Positions 19,558-29,986 of a stretch of 64,000 nucleotides of DNA are shown in pieces. Below the pieces are notes generated by a model that had not been told where the DNA came from, ran no database searches, and was given only the letters and a program-made list of their open reading frames with translations. The translations under genes and the position numbers were made by a program. Origin of the DNA: an uncultured Gammaproteobacteria bacterium (GTDB lineage: Bacteria > Pseudomonadota > Gammaproteobacteria > GCA-001735895); NCBI GenBank assembly GCA_964651385.1, contig CAZYYM010000001.1, positions 8,688 to 72,687 on the forward strand, given 5' to 3'. Numbering within the stretch: position 1 is the first letter of the stretch; every line of letters starts with the position of its first letter.

Positions 19558-20871
19558 TCAAGCATGCTGAGGAAATTGACGGTGAAAATCAACTTGCACC
19601 TCCCTATGCCGACTAAGGTTCTGCAAAGTTAAATGAGCAGAATCCAATTGATCGATCATCACTCTCGAAACACCGGCTGCCTGAATATCGGCGCTATCAG
19701 AGATGATCCGATGGTAGTGTGGCGTATAACCAATCCATTGACCATCGTTGATTGCCTGCTCCCATAGCACTGATACCGCAGATCCGATATGCCGATTAAG
19801 TTCCCTGGCTTTTAATATTGCCGAAAGATCGTGCATTTCCCTGCTTCTTGCCTTTCTGGTCGCCTTGTCGATTTGATCAGGCAGCGTCGCTGCTTTAGTA
19901 CCCTCTCGCGGAGAAAAAGTGAAGATATGCATATGCCCGAATCCGATACTTTCTATATAAGCCAGTGTTTGCCGCCACTCATCACTGGTTTCGCCAGGGA
20001 AACCCACAATCAAATCGGTGGTAATATTAAAGAGCGGAATAGTTTCGCGTGCTTTTTCAACAACACGCCTGTATTCCACCGTTTTACAGCGTCGGGACAT
20101 ACGCTTTAGCACACTATCGCAGCCACTTTGAATCGGCAAATGCATATGCGGCATTAACCGCGAATCATGAAACAATTCGAAAAAATTGGCGTCTAAATCC
20201 CATGGCTCAACCGAGGCGAGGCGAATCCTGGGTATCTCGGTTCGAGCCAGAATTTCACTCAAAAGAGCATAAAGATTACTACCGATATCACTACCATATC
20301 CACCGACATGGACACCGGTAATGACAACTTCCTGGATACCGCTGCTGTGCAGAAAATTGATTTCCGATACTATTTCATCGATATTTCGACTACGCTCCTG
20401 GCCACGTGCGATAGTGACAATACAGTAGCTACAACGATATCGACAGCCGTCCTGAACTTTAATGAACGCTCGGTGTCTTCCGCGTATAAACAGGGTGTTC
20501 CCGATTTCAACTTCAATATTACTGGGCGAAATATCAAAATATTCCAATAAATTTTCGACCAGATTTTCCTTGTCGGCGTTACCGACAACGAGATCGACCC
20601 CCAAATAGCGTTTTACCGCTTCCGCATTTAAACTGGCATGACAACCCGTAACGACTAATCCGGCATCGGGATTACTGCGATGTAATCGACTAATTTGCTG
20701 ACGAGATTTGCGATCGGCTTCGCAGGTAACCGCGCAGGAATTAAACACGACAATATCGGCATCCTGACAATCACTGGTGACCTGGTGACCAAGCTTCATT
20801 AGCTGATTCCCCCAGAGTTCCAGTTCGGCTTCGTTAAGCCTGCAGCCCAGCGCCTGAAAGTTAAAATTCAC
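19558..20871 (-). CDS. mtaB: Radical-SAM tRNA methylthiotransferase, MtaB-like
   Basis: 437 aa. The N-terminal MTTase domain has ALGCRLNEAE. The radical-SAM cluster CRYRCSYC is present. It has a C-terminal TRAM-like region. Confidence 0.75.
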   Translation of the reverse strand: MNFNFQALGCRLNEAELELWGNQLMKLGHQVTSDCQDADIVVFNSCAVTCEADRKSRQQISRLHRSNPDAGLVVTGCHASLNAEAVKRYLGVDLVVGNADKENLVENLLEYFDISPSNIEVEIGNTLFIRGRHRAFIKVQDGCRYRCSYCIVTIARGQERSRNIDEIVSEINFLHSSGIQEVVITGVHVGGYGSDIGSNLYALLSEILARTEIPRIRLASVEPWDLDANFFELFHDSRLMPHMHLPIQSGCDSVLKRMSRRCKTVEYRRVVEKARETIPLFNITTDLIVGFPGETSDEWRQTLAYIESIGFGHMHIFTFSPREGTKAATLPDQIDKATRKARSREMHDLSAILKARELNRHIGSAVSVLWEQAINDGQWIGYTPHYHRIISDSADIQAAGVSRVMIDQLDSAHLTLQNLSRHREVQVDFHRQFPQHA

Positions 20872-20960
20872 AAATATTACCGGTCTTTAAAGAGCGCGGA
20901 TAATATCAAATTTAAACCGGATTCAAATCATTTAGATTGTAATCAGCATAGTTTCCAGGT

Positions 20961-20986
20961 AAAAAAAACCCGGCCAGGCCGGGTTT
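20961..20986 (-). terminator. Rho-independent terminator downstream of soxA
   Basis: The minus strand reads aaacccgg-cctgg-ccgggttt followed by a run of T. It lies 25 nt after the soxA stop. Confidence 0.7.
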
Positions 20987-21010
20987 GAGGAAAATTAATT
21001 CGATGTATTT

Positions 21011-21844
21011 CTATTTTCGGGTCGCCGGCCCGTTCGCTTCCAAACCGTTACTCATATAAGTCAGGAAGTACTCCAACGCTTTATATTCGTCACTTTGAGC
21101 TTTAAAAGGCTTCGCTCTCACCTGTTTATTACAGCCAGCGAATCGACGATGCGCTGTTCCAAGGCCACCCCATTTCGCCCGGTATACCGGAAAATGGGTT
21201 AAATGACCGAGCGCAGGGCTTAAACGGTCGGCACGAATATTGTTGCCAGAATAATACATATGACAATCCGCACAGGCCAGATTGAGTTGTCCTCGTTTCG
21301 TATACCAGTGTCTCTTACCACGATTATACTGAGCCAACGCACGGGGATCGTCTGGTACTTCAATATTAAAAATATTACCACGCGATTCATAGGCCATATA
21401 GGCGGTCAAGGCTGTGATTGCACCCTTTTTATATTTTAAAGGTTTTTCACCAGCAGCCTTACGACAGTCATTTATGGCACTTTCCAGCGTCACGATTTTA
21501 CCGGTCTTGCTATCAAATTTCGGATAAAGATGACGAACACCCGGTTTACCGAAACAATCATTATAAGTACTGCCGTTAGCAAAAGGTTTGTTATACATCC
21601 CTTCACCTTTTTCGATATCAATTTCGTAGGGCGCAAACTCTTCTATCGATTCAAAGGTTGCCCGGGATGCCGCATCAATCGAGTAAATACCATCGATAAA
21701 ATCCGCCTTCGCCGTATCCGGAAAGCGATCAATATAATACTGCTGGAATGCTTTCAGATCCGTCGCAGGTGTCGATGCCATTGCAAGCGTACTAATCGAA
21801 CCTGCCATTAGTCCCGCTACAATTGCATGAATAATTCTACGCAT
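21011..21844 (-). CDS. soxA: Sulfur-oxidation c-type cytochrome SoxA (single-haem type)
   Basis: I trimmed the ORF to the ATG at 21844, which has a GAGGGGG SD and gives the signal peptide MRRIIHAIVAGLMAGSISTLAMA. There is one CxxCH motif (CADCH). The conserved FAGCNKQ cysteine, the distal haem ligand region, is present. Confidence 0.85.
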   Translation of the reverse strand: MRRIIHAIVAGLMAGSISTLAMASTPATDLKAFQQYYIDRFPDTAKADFIDGIYSIDAASRATFESIEEFAPYEIDIEKGEGMYNKPFANGSTYNDCFGKPGVRHLYPKFDSKTGKIVTLESAINDCRKAAGEKPLKYKKGAITALTAYMAYESRGNIFNIEVPDDPRALAQYNRGKRHWYTKRGQLNLACADCHMYYSGNNIRADRLSPALGHLTHFPVYRAKWGGLGTAHRRFAGCNKQVRAKPFKAQSDEYKALEYFLTYMSNGLEANGPATRK

Positions 21845-21884
21845 TATGGTTACCCCCTCATTGTTAATGTTATAGTCTAAGAGT

Positions 21885-22196
21885 CTATTTGACCTTTGCA
21901 GTCTGTGTTGCAGACGCACCCTGATTATCGATCCAGGATATTGTCAACATATCGCCTTTAGCTCCATCGTATTTAAAAGACAGGTACGGGTTTTTCGATA
22001 CCGCCGTGCCCCAATAGGCCTCCAGTACCGTTTTATCGCCTGCTTTGGCAAAAACTTCCTGGATAAAATGAGCCGGTATTTTCTTGCCGGTTTTCTTGTT
22101 CTTGCGTAACCCCGTTTCCATCGGATGGCTCATCAATACTTTGGCAATTACCTTGCCACCCTTTTCTTTTGCTCGAATCTTTATTTTCTTTGCCAT
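21885..22196 (-). CDS. soxZ: Thiosulfate oxidation carrier complex protein SoxZ
   Basis: 103 aa. The motifs SHPMETGLRKNKKTGKKIPAHFI are typical of SoxZ, and it follows soxY. Confidence 0.9.
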   Translation of the reverse strand: MAKKIKIRAKEKGGKVIAKVLMSHPMETGLRKNKKTGKKIPAHFIQEVFAKAGDKTVLEAYWGTAVSKNPYLSFKYDGAKGDMLTISWIDNQGASATQTAKVK

Positions 22197-22211
22197 ACCT
22201 ATTCTCCTCAG

Positions 22212-22664
22212 TTAACCGCCGCAACCACCGATAGTGACTTTGACCTCTTGTCTGGCAGCATGCAAAGCACCACCAGCTTTGACAACAGCGAGAACATCGC
22301 TGGTCTTACCCATTTTGATTCGGGTTGAAACAAAACCCTCTGAACCATGCAAATTAAATGACGCAATCATCGGCGTTGGATTGCCGCTGACTACGATAGA
22401 GATCGACTCGGTATTGGCAATTGACGAAGTCACCTGAACCGGCACAACCGCCCCATTTTCCGCGATTTCCGGGGCTTTGATTTTGATATCAGCGGATTCG
22501 GCATAGTCACTCGAACCCAAAGCGTCTTTCATTGCGCCTGCAGCATCTTTATTTTCAAAAGCGGCCTTGGGATAGGCAGCAAGAACGCGGCTCGGTATTA
22601 ACATACCAGTTGAAACCACCAGGCCCGTCGCCAGGCTAGTCTTCAATAAAGTTCTTCGTTTCAT
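22212..22664 (-). CDS. soxY: Thiosulfate oxidation carrier protein SoxY
   Basis: 150 aa. It has a Tat-like signal MKRRTLLKTS and the diagnostic C-terminal GGCGG sulfur-carrying motif. Confidence 0.9.
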   Translation of the reverse strand: MKRRTLLKTSLATGLVVSTGMLIPSRVLAAYPKAAFENKDAAGAMKDALGSSDYAESADIKIKAPEIAENGAVVPVQVTSSIANTESISIVVSGNPTPMIASFNLHGSEGFVSTRIKMGKTSDVLAVVKAGGALHAARQEVKVTIGGCGG

Positions 22665-22672
22665 ATCAGCTC

Positions 22673-23032
22673 CTAAAGGGTATGAATAAATTCGGTAATC
22701 AGATCAATTTGCTTGTCACTCAATATGCCGTGCCTGCCGAAGGGCGGCATGGCGGTTTTCGGATTTTTGACCGTGGCATCGTAGATCTGGGCACGCAGGG
22801 CACTCTTGTCCGGGAAGCGTGCTTTCATAGCGATCAATGGTGGCCCGATATTGCCCGGCAGGTTACCGCCTGCGATGGCATGGCAGGCCAGACAGTTGCC
22901 CAGTTTGCGATTAAATGCAATTTTTTTACCTTCGGCAATCTGGGCGTCAGTAGCCGCAATGGTGGCGCCTGGTACAGCGCCTATCAATAACGCGATAGAT
23001 GTAATAACAGTAGTAACAAGGCGAACTTTCAT
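22673..23032 (-). CDS. soxX: Sulfur-oxidation c-type cytochrome SoxX
   Basis: 119 aa with a signal peptide and a single CLACH haem motif. It is the first gene of the sox block. Confidence 0.8.
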   Translation of the reverse strand: MKVRLVTTVITSIALLIGAVPGATIAATDAQIAEGKKIAFNRKLGNCLACHAIAGGNLPGNIGPPLIAMKARFPDKSALRAQIYDATVKNPKTAMPPFGRHGILSDKQIDLITEFIHTL

Positions 23033-23264
23033 CCGCTATACCCTCCTTCATTTTTAAATGAATACCGGCAATTTGAGTGAAAAATACTTTGCCAGCTATA
23101 TTTTTGTAAAGGTCAGAATACTGTAACAAAGTTGAATTTCAAGCCAAAATCGTATAGCTATTTATAAAGGGATATATTGTTTTTTCGGAGTTATTTAAAT
23201 TGGGGTGGGGACTAGAGGAAAAATTGGGTTAGATACCCAGCAAGCAGATTTTATCTACCCCGTG

Positions 23265-24659
23265 TTAACGGCTCAATTCGGCCAGTTTTTCGCGCACCTT
23301 AGACTCGGTTGCAAGATCGATATCGGGAGAACCCAAAATCTGGCTATAAAGTTTAATCGCCAGATCGGGAGAGCCGGAGAGACGGTGATAGTCGGCCTGG
23401 GCTAACTTTTCAAACAATTTCCTGCCTAGTTTACGATACAGATCGACCAGCTCAAAATATACTTTTTTATTCGCCGAATATCGATTTTCAAGCCGTCGGC
23501 CAATAGCCAAAGCCTGGTCAAATCGTCCCTCATCTTTGAGCAAATGCATCAGTTTAAGAGATAAAATGAAATCGTCCGGGTAAATTTCAAGCATTTGCCG
23601 ATAAACCGCTTCAGCCCCTTGTGGTTTTTTTAAGAACTCAAGATTTTCGGCATAAACATAACCGTACCAGATATTGTCGCTGTTATTATTATATAAGGCC
23701 TTCAAGGAGGTATTGGCTGCCACCTCCTCGCCGGATTTTATTTTTGACAATGCCTGTCGAAATTGGCCGTTACCCGGCAACATGCCATCGCTATCGCTAT
23801 ACAGCAAATAGTCTTTAAATAGAGGAAAGTAATCGGGGCCAGTTGAATTCACTCTGACTGGAAGTAATCGCGATTGCGCTTCCGATATACGGTTATTAGT
23901 TACCGGGTGAGTACGTAAATACTCAATATTTTGTAGATCGGAATTCCCCGAAATTTTTCGCAGCAATTCGAAAAATTCCACCATTCCGCGACCATCGAAG
24001 CCGGCTGACTGTAATAAATCGATACCAAGTCTATCCGCTTCGTATTCAAAATCACGGGTATAATTAATCATTGTCTGCTGACCGCTGGCCGTACCACCAT
24101 AAACCAGTGCCGCGCCCAGGTCGGAGCCGCCACCAGCCAGCAATCCGGCAAGAATAGTGAGCAAAACCGTGTTACTTGTGCTGCGCGACTTTTCCATCAA
24201 CTTAATCCCGTGTCTGAGGCGTACATGCGCTATTTCATGCGCTATCACCGATGCTAGCTGGTCTTGAGTCTGTGCCCTGAGAATGAGCCCGACATTGATA
24301 CCAATGTAACCACCCGGTAGTGCAAATGCATTAATGCTGTTATCGCGGACAATAAAGAAATGGTAGTCTCTGATCCTGTTGTCGAGTGTTGATAGCAACC
24401 GCGCCCCAAGATCGTTGATATATCGCTGTAATAACGCATGCGTCTCAACCAGCCCTTGCGACTCCAGTTTATCGTATATGCCCTTGCCGAGCTCGACTTC
24501 CTGGTCGATATTAAAAGCAGCATGCTCGCCGAGCAACGGTAACTCATCATCGGCAACAGAGGTTGCCAGCAAACTGGCTATCAAAAAAATAATGATCGTG
24601 GCCATAAAACGACCATAAAATGCGCGCCAACTCTCAGAATGGGTGATTAGACTAGTCAT
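23265..24659 (-). CDS. bepA: M48-family periplasmic metalloprotease with C-terminal TPR region (BepA/YfgC-like)
   Basis: 464 aa with an N-terminal anchor or signal, an HEIAH zinc motif, and a TPR-like C-terminal half. Confidence 0.7.
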   Translation of the reverse strand: MTSLITHSESWRAFYGRFMATIIIFLIASLLATSVADDELPLLGEHAAFNIDQEVELGKGIYDKLESQGLVETHALLQRYINDLGARLLSTLDNRIRDYHFFIVRDNSINAFALPGGYIGINVGLILRAQTQDQLASVIAHEIAHVRLRHGIKLMEKSRSTSNTVLLTILAGLLAGGGSDLGAALVYGGTASGQQTMINYTRDFEYEADRLGIDLLQSAGFDGRGMVEFFELLRKISGNSDLQNIEYLRTHPVTNNRISEAQSRLLPVRVNSTGPDYFPLFKDYLLYSDSDGMLPGNGQFRQALSKIKSGEEVAANTSLKALYNNNSDNIWYGYVYAENLEFLKKPQGAEAVYRQMLEIYPDDFILSLKLMHLLKDEGRFDQALAIGRRLENRYSANKKVYFELVDLYRKLGRKLFEKLAQADYHRLSGSPDLAIKLYSQILGSPDIDLATESKVREKLAELSR

Positions 24660-24796
24660 ACAACTGGAATTATAACCGACATCCTCTTAATATTGGGGTC
24701 CTTCGTCAAACAGGCAAGTATGTTTGCCCATTATTAATGACCCATAGGTTCCTGATTCCACCAAGTATTTTCCCGTTCTTTAGGGGTATATGAAAC

Positions 24797-25141
24797 ATGC
24801 CTCGTATAAAGGAAATTATAGCCTCGGATTTATCACGGCTGCTCGAGGATGACAATCGCTTTGAAATTATTGATATTCGCACACCAGCGGAAATTGAACG
24901 TGGCGTCATCCCCGATGCAAAAATACTACCAATGCACCTCATTCCTCTCAAATTGGGGTTTTTTACCTTATCAAATAAGCAGGTAGTGATTTATTGCAGG
25001 ACCGGAAGTCGCTCCGCGCAGGTCTGCCGATTTCTCAATGAGCAAGGTATCCATAATGTAATCAGTCTTCGAGGCGGCATAGTAAAATGGGCATCTAGCG
25101 GATTACCTCTGACCCTGGAACCTGCAGAATCAATCAAGTAA
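24797..25141 (+). CDS. Rhodanese-like sulfurtransferase domain protein
   Basis: 114 aa with the active-site loop IYCRTGSRS. Confidence 0.8.
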   Translation: MPRIKEIIASDLSRLLEDDNRFEIIDIRTPAEIERGVIPDAKILPMHLIPLKLGFFTLSNKQVVIYCRTGSRSAQVCRFLNEQGIHNVISLRGGIVKWASSGLPLTLEPAESIK

Positions 25142-25264
25142 CTTCGAATCTCACCTGACACTGAGACAAACTGTTGCGTTTTCAAATGCCGTGGCTTATA
25201 AAGAAGGCTTATCCAGATATTTTTTCTATTGGTACCATCACTATATGATTATGAGGAATAATTC

Positions 25265-25495
25265 ATGTCGGAATACGATCGCGAACTCGATGCATCTGGC
25301 CTTAACTGCCCTCTGCCAATACTTCGTGCGAAAAAAACCCTGAGTGATATGAAGTCGGGCGAGACATTACTCATTATCTCGACTGATCCGGGGTCAGTGA
25401 AAGATTTCGAAGCTTTTTCCAGACAAACGGGCAACCCTTTACTTTCATCGGCTGACGAAGGCAATCGATTTACTTTTGTCATGAAAAAATCCTGA
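25265..25495 (+). CDS. tusA: TusA/SirA-family sulfur carrier protein
   Basis: 76 aa with the LDASGLNCPLPILRAKK (CPxP) motif. Confidence 0.8.
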   Translation: MSEYDRELDASGLNCPLPILRAKKTLSDMKSGETLLIISTDPGSVKDFEAFSRQTGNPLLSSADEGNRFTFVMKKS

Positions 25496-25642
25496 CTTTT
25501 CCCCTGGCATCGACAGGGATCGATTAATTGCAGCAAAGTGTATGATATTTAGTGCATTTGTCTGTCAACCATAATAAAATTTTAGGCCGGCGCAGGCTTG
25601 CTACAAGCTTTGGGACGGCCTGCGATTTGATCACCCAGAGAC

Positions 25643-25676
25643 AAAAAACCAGATGCTCAGGCAATCTGGTTTTTTA
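25643..25676 (+). terminator. Hairpin plus T-run: tusA terminator or possible ilvIH leader attenuator
   Basis: aaccagat (25647-25654) pairs with atctggtt (25664-25671). An A-run lies 5' of the stem and a T-run 3' of it. The element ends 33 nt upstream of the ilvI GTG. Confidence 0.6.
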
Positions 25677-25708
25677 AATTCAACCTGCAAATAATTTAGA
25701 GGTTAATA

Positions 25709-27460
25709 GTGGAATTATCGGGTTCTGAAATCATCATTCAGTTTCTAAAAGATGAAGGTGTCAAACACCTGTTCGGTTATCCGGGCGGAGCCGTGCTACA
25801 TATTTACGACGCACTGCACCAGCAGGATGATGTCGAACATATTCTCGTCCGTCACGAGCAGGGCGCTACCCATGCGGCCGATGGTTACGCGCGCGCAACC
25901 GGAAAACCCGGTGTTTGCCTGGTAACTTCAGGCCCTGGCGCTACCAATGCAGTAACGGGTATCGCCACCGCCTTCCTCGATTCGATTCCATTAGTAGTTT
26001 TGACCGGCCAGGTACCCTGCCATGCTATCGGCACCGATGCCTTTCAGGAAGTCGATGCGGTTGGCGTAACACGTGCCTGCGTCAAACATAATTTCCTGGT
26101 TAAAGATCTCAATAAACTGGCAGAAACACTGAAGAAGGCCTTTTTCGTGGCAACCACCGGACGACCGGGACCAGTTGTGGTAGATATTCCTAAAGATATC
26201 ACAGCGCCACACATCAAGATTCCATACGAGTATCCCAGGCAAGTGGAAATGCGGTCGTACAATCCAAATGTTAAAGGCCATCCGCGGCAAATTAAGCGAG
26301 CAGTCGATTTATTGCTCAGCGCCAAGCGCCCCATGATTTATACCGGTGGTGGTGTAATCACCTCTGCAGCATCGAAGGAGTTGCGTCAATTTGTTCGCAA
26401 GCTCGATTTTCCGATTACGCAAACACTAATGGGTCTTGGTGCGTTTCCGGGAACCGATCCATTGTTTATAGGTATGCTCGGCATGCACGGTACCTATGAA
26501 TCCAATATGGCGATGCACGACTGCGATGTCCTCATCGCAATCGGTGCGCGTTTCGATGACCGCATTACCGGCGTAACCGGTAAATTCTGTCCTTATGCAC
26601 AGGTCATTCATATCGATATCGATCCGGCGTCGATTTCGAAAACTGTGAATGCGAATATTCCCATTGTCGGTGACGTTAAAGGCGTGCTTCAAGAGATGAA
26701 TAAACTGCTCGACAAGCCCGACCTACCCATCGACAAGGCTGCACTTGAAGCCTGGTGGAAAAAAATCAAATCCTGGCAAAGCCAGAAGAGTTTCGACTAC
26801 GAAAAGAAAGACGGTGTCATTCAACCTCAATCAGCAGTAGAAGAACTTTATAAAATCACCAACGGAAACGCTTATATCACCTCTGATGTCGGCCAGCATC
26901 AGATGTATGCTGCACAGTTTTATCCGTTCCATGAACCTCGCCGCTGGATCAATTCCGGTGGTCTCGGCACCATGGGATTTGGATTGCCCGCCGCAATGGG
27001 TGTGAAGCTCGCTTTCCCGGACCAGGAAGTCGCTTGTATAACCGGTGAGGGCAGCATACAGATGTGTATACAGGAACTGTCAACTTGTCTGCAATATGAC
27101 ATTCCAGTCAAGATTGTTAACTTGAATAACCGTTATCTGGGCATGGTTCGTCAATGGCAGGAATTCTTTTACGAAAAGCGTTACTCGCATGTCTATATGG
27201 ATTCTTTGCCTGATTTCGTCAAACTGGCCGAGGCTTACGGTCACGTCGGTATTCGTGTCGATGATCCGAAAGATTTGCACGATGCGATGGAAGAGGCTTT
27301 TAAACTGAAAGACCGTACTGTATTCCTCGATATCATTACCGACCGAGAAGCCAATGTTTATCCGATGATTTCAAATGGCAAAGCGCATAATGAAATGGAT
27401 ATCTCACCCCTGCAGCAGGAAATTCAGGCTGCCATGATTGCCAGAGGAGAGACTGTCTAA
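25709..27460 (+). CDS. ilvI: Acetolactate synthase (biosynthetic) large subunit
   Basis: 583 aa with a GTG start. It belongs to the ThDP enzyme family and carries the GGLGTMGFGLPAAMG motif. Confidence 0.95.
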   Translation: MELSGSEIIIQFLKDEGVKHLFGYPGGAVLHIYDALHQQDDVEHILVRHEQGATHAADGYARATGKPGVCLVTSGPGATNAVTGIATAFLDSIPLVVLTGQVPCHAIGTDAFQEVDAVGVTRACVKHNFLVKDLNKLAETLKKAFFVATTGRPGPVVVDIPKDITAPHIKIPYEYPRQVEMRSYNPNVKGHPRQIKRAVDLLLSAKRPMIYTGGGVITSAASKELRQFVRKLDFPITQTLMGLGAFPGTDPLFIGMLGMHGTYESNMAMHDCDVLIAIGARFDDRITGVTGKFCPYAQVIHIDIDPASISKTVNANIPIVGDVKGVLQEMNKLLDKPDLPIDKAALEAWWKKIKSWQSQKSFDYEKKDGVIQPQSAVEELYKITNGNAYITSDVGQHQMYAAQFYPFHEPRRWINSGGLGTMGFGLPAAMGVKLAFPDQEVACITGEGSIQMCIQELSTCLQYDIPVKIVNLNNRYLGMVRQWQEFFYEKRYSHVYMDSLPDFVKLAEAYGHVGIRVDDPKDLHDAMEEAFKLKDRTVFLDIITDREANVYPMISNGKAHNEMDISPLQQEIQAAMIARGETV

Positions 27461-27954
27461 TGCGACACATCATCTCACTACTGGTCGAAAACGAATCGGG
27501 TGCCCTGTCACGAATATCGGGCCTGTTTTCGGCACGCGGTTATAACATCGAATCACTAACTGTCGCGACTACCGAAGACACCACGCTATCACGTATGACA
27601 ATTGTCAGTGTCGGCGATGACCGAATCATCGAGCAAATTACCAAGCAGCTCAATAAACTGGTTGATGTGGTCAAACTTCAGGACTTTACCGAGGGTAACT
27701 TTATCGAGCGTGAAATGATGTTCGTCAAGGTTAAAGCTTCGGGCGAATCAAAACGCTCCGAGATTAAACGCCTGTCAGATATTTTTCGTGCACGTATCAT
27801 CGATGTCACTGATACTACTTTCTGCATTGAACTGACTGGTTCGGGTGACAAACTGGACGCTTACATCAATGCCTTGCACGAAACTAATATCGTCGAAGTG
27901 GTACGATCCGGGTCGATGGGCATCATGCGTGGCGATAAGGCTTTAACTATATAA
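27460..27954 (+). CDS. ilvH: Acetolactate synthase small (regulatory) subunit
   Basis: 164 aa with an ACT domain N-terminus MRHIISLLVENESGALSRISGLFSARGYNIESL. The start overlaps the ilvI stop. Confidence 0.95.
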   Translation: MRHIISLLVENESGALSRISGLFSARGYNIESLTVATTEDTTLSRMTIVSVGDDRIIEQITKQLNKLVDVVKLQDFTEGNFIEREMMFVKVKASGESKRSEIKRLSDIFRARIIDVTDTTFCIELTGSGDKLDAYINALHETNIVEVVRSGSMGIMRGDKALTI

Positions 27955-29031
<1,077 letters not shown>

Positions 29032-29083
29032 ATTTTCAATAACGAACCGGAGATCGGGTGGGCTTAAATCCACTCGTTTCACA

Positions 29084-29887
29084 ATGATGGATGACAGTAA
29101 TCCAAAAGAAAATCGTAAAAAGTTGGGTAAGGGCATTTTCCTGTTACCCAACCTGTTCACTACGGGTGCATTATTCGCCGGCTTTTACGCGATTATCGCC
29201 GCCATGAAAGGTAATTTCGAAATTGCGGCGATGGTGATATTCCTTGCTATGATTCTCGATGGTCTGGACGGTCGGGTCGCTAGAATGACCAATACCCAAT
29301 CAGCTTTTGGGGCGGAATACGACAGTCTTTCCGATATGGTTTCCTTCGGTGTTGCACCCGGGTTGGTTATGTATCAGTGGTCACTGGTATATCTCGCCGA
29401 TGTGTCCAATTTCTGGGGCAAACTTGGCTGGCTGGCAGCATTTATCTACACGACCTGTACCGCATTGCGATTGGCCCGTTTTAATACCCAAATCGGCACC
29501 GCAGACAAACGTTTCTTTCAAGGACTCGCCTGCCCTGCTGCCGCTGCAGTCGTGATGGGAGCTGTCTGGGTTTGTGAAACTTATCTGATATCCGGTGAAG
29601 ATGTAACTTACCTGGCGTTAATTTTAACCACAATTGCCGCTGGTCTGATGGTATCGCGTTTTCCCTATTACAGTTTCAAAGATCTCGATTTACGTAAAAA
29701 AGTGCCGTTTGTCGCGGTTCTTGCCGTCATGTTGGCGTTTGTTTTCCTTTCAATAGAAACAGCCACGGTTTTATTCCTGTCATTTGTGTTTTATATGCTG
29801 TCTGGGCCGATTTTTTCTCTGTTCCGCTGGAATCGAAATCGTCAGCGTCTACACGCTAGTGAAGAAACACACAAAGCAGAGGATTAA
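29084..29887 (+). CDS. pssA: CDP-diacylglycerol--serine O-phosphatidyltransferase
   Basis: I trimmed the ORF to the ATG at 29084. The CDP-alcohol phosphatidyltransferase motif DGLDGRVAR...GAEYDSLSD is present, with multiple TM segments. Confidence 0.85.
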   Translation: MMDDSNPKENRKKLGKGIFLLPNLFTTGALFAGFYAIIAAMKGNFEIAAMVIFLAMILDGLDGRVARMTNTQSAFGAEYDSLSDMVSFGVAPGLVMYQWSLVYLADVSNFWGKLGWLAAFIYTTCTALRLARFNTQIGTADKRFFQGLACPAAAAVVMGAVWVCETYLISGEDVTYLALILTTIAAGLMVSRFPYYSFKDLDLRKKVPFVAVLAVMLAFVFLSIETATVLFLSFVFYMLSGPIFSLFRWNRNRQRLHASEETHKAED

Positions 29888-29910
29888 TGTCGAGTATTAG
29901 ATCTGATTCT

Positions 29911-29933
29911 ACGCCTGTAGCCTTGACAGGCGT
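29911..29933 (+). terminator. Hairpin after pssA (weak terminator candidate)
   Basis: acgcctgt pairs with acaggcgt in an 8-bp stem around a 7-nt loop. No T-run follows. Confidence 0.3.
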
Positions 29934-29986
29934 CAAGTCATAATTAACCTAAGCAGTATCATCGGGAAAGTACCTGGGGTAATCGC

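Noticed and set aside
25542-25574. 10-codon ORF (MIFSAFVCQP) as an ilv leader peptide
   Set aside because: It has no run of Ile/Leu/Val codons, and its stop lies about 70 nt from the terminator hairpin. It does not fit a classical attenuator.
29084-29887. A phospholipid gene (pssA) sitting between ilvC and leuA
   Set aside because: As far as I recall, the ilvIH-ilvC-pssA-leuA neighbourhood is a conserved arrangement in Pseudomonas-like gammaproteobacteria. It is not evidence of an insertion or a novel function.
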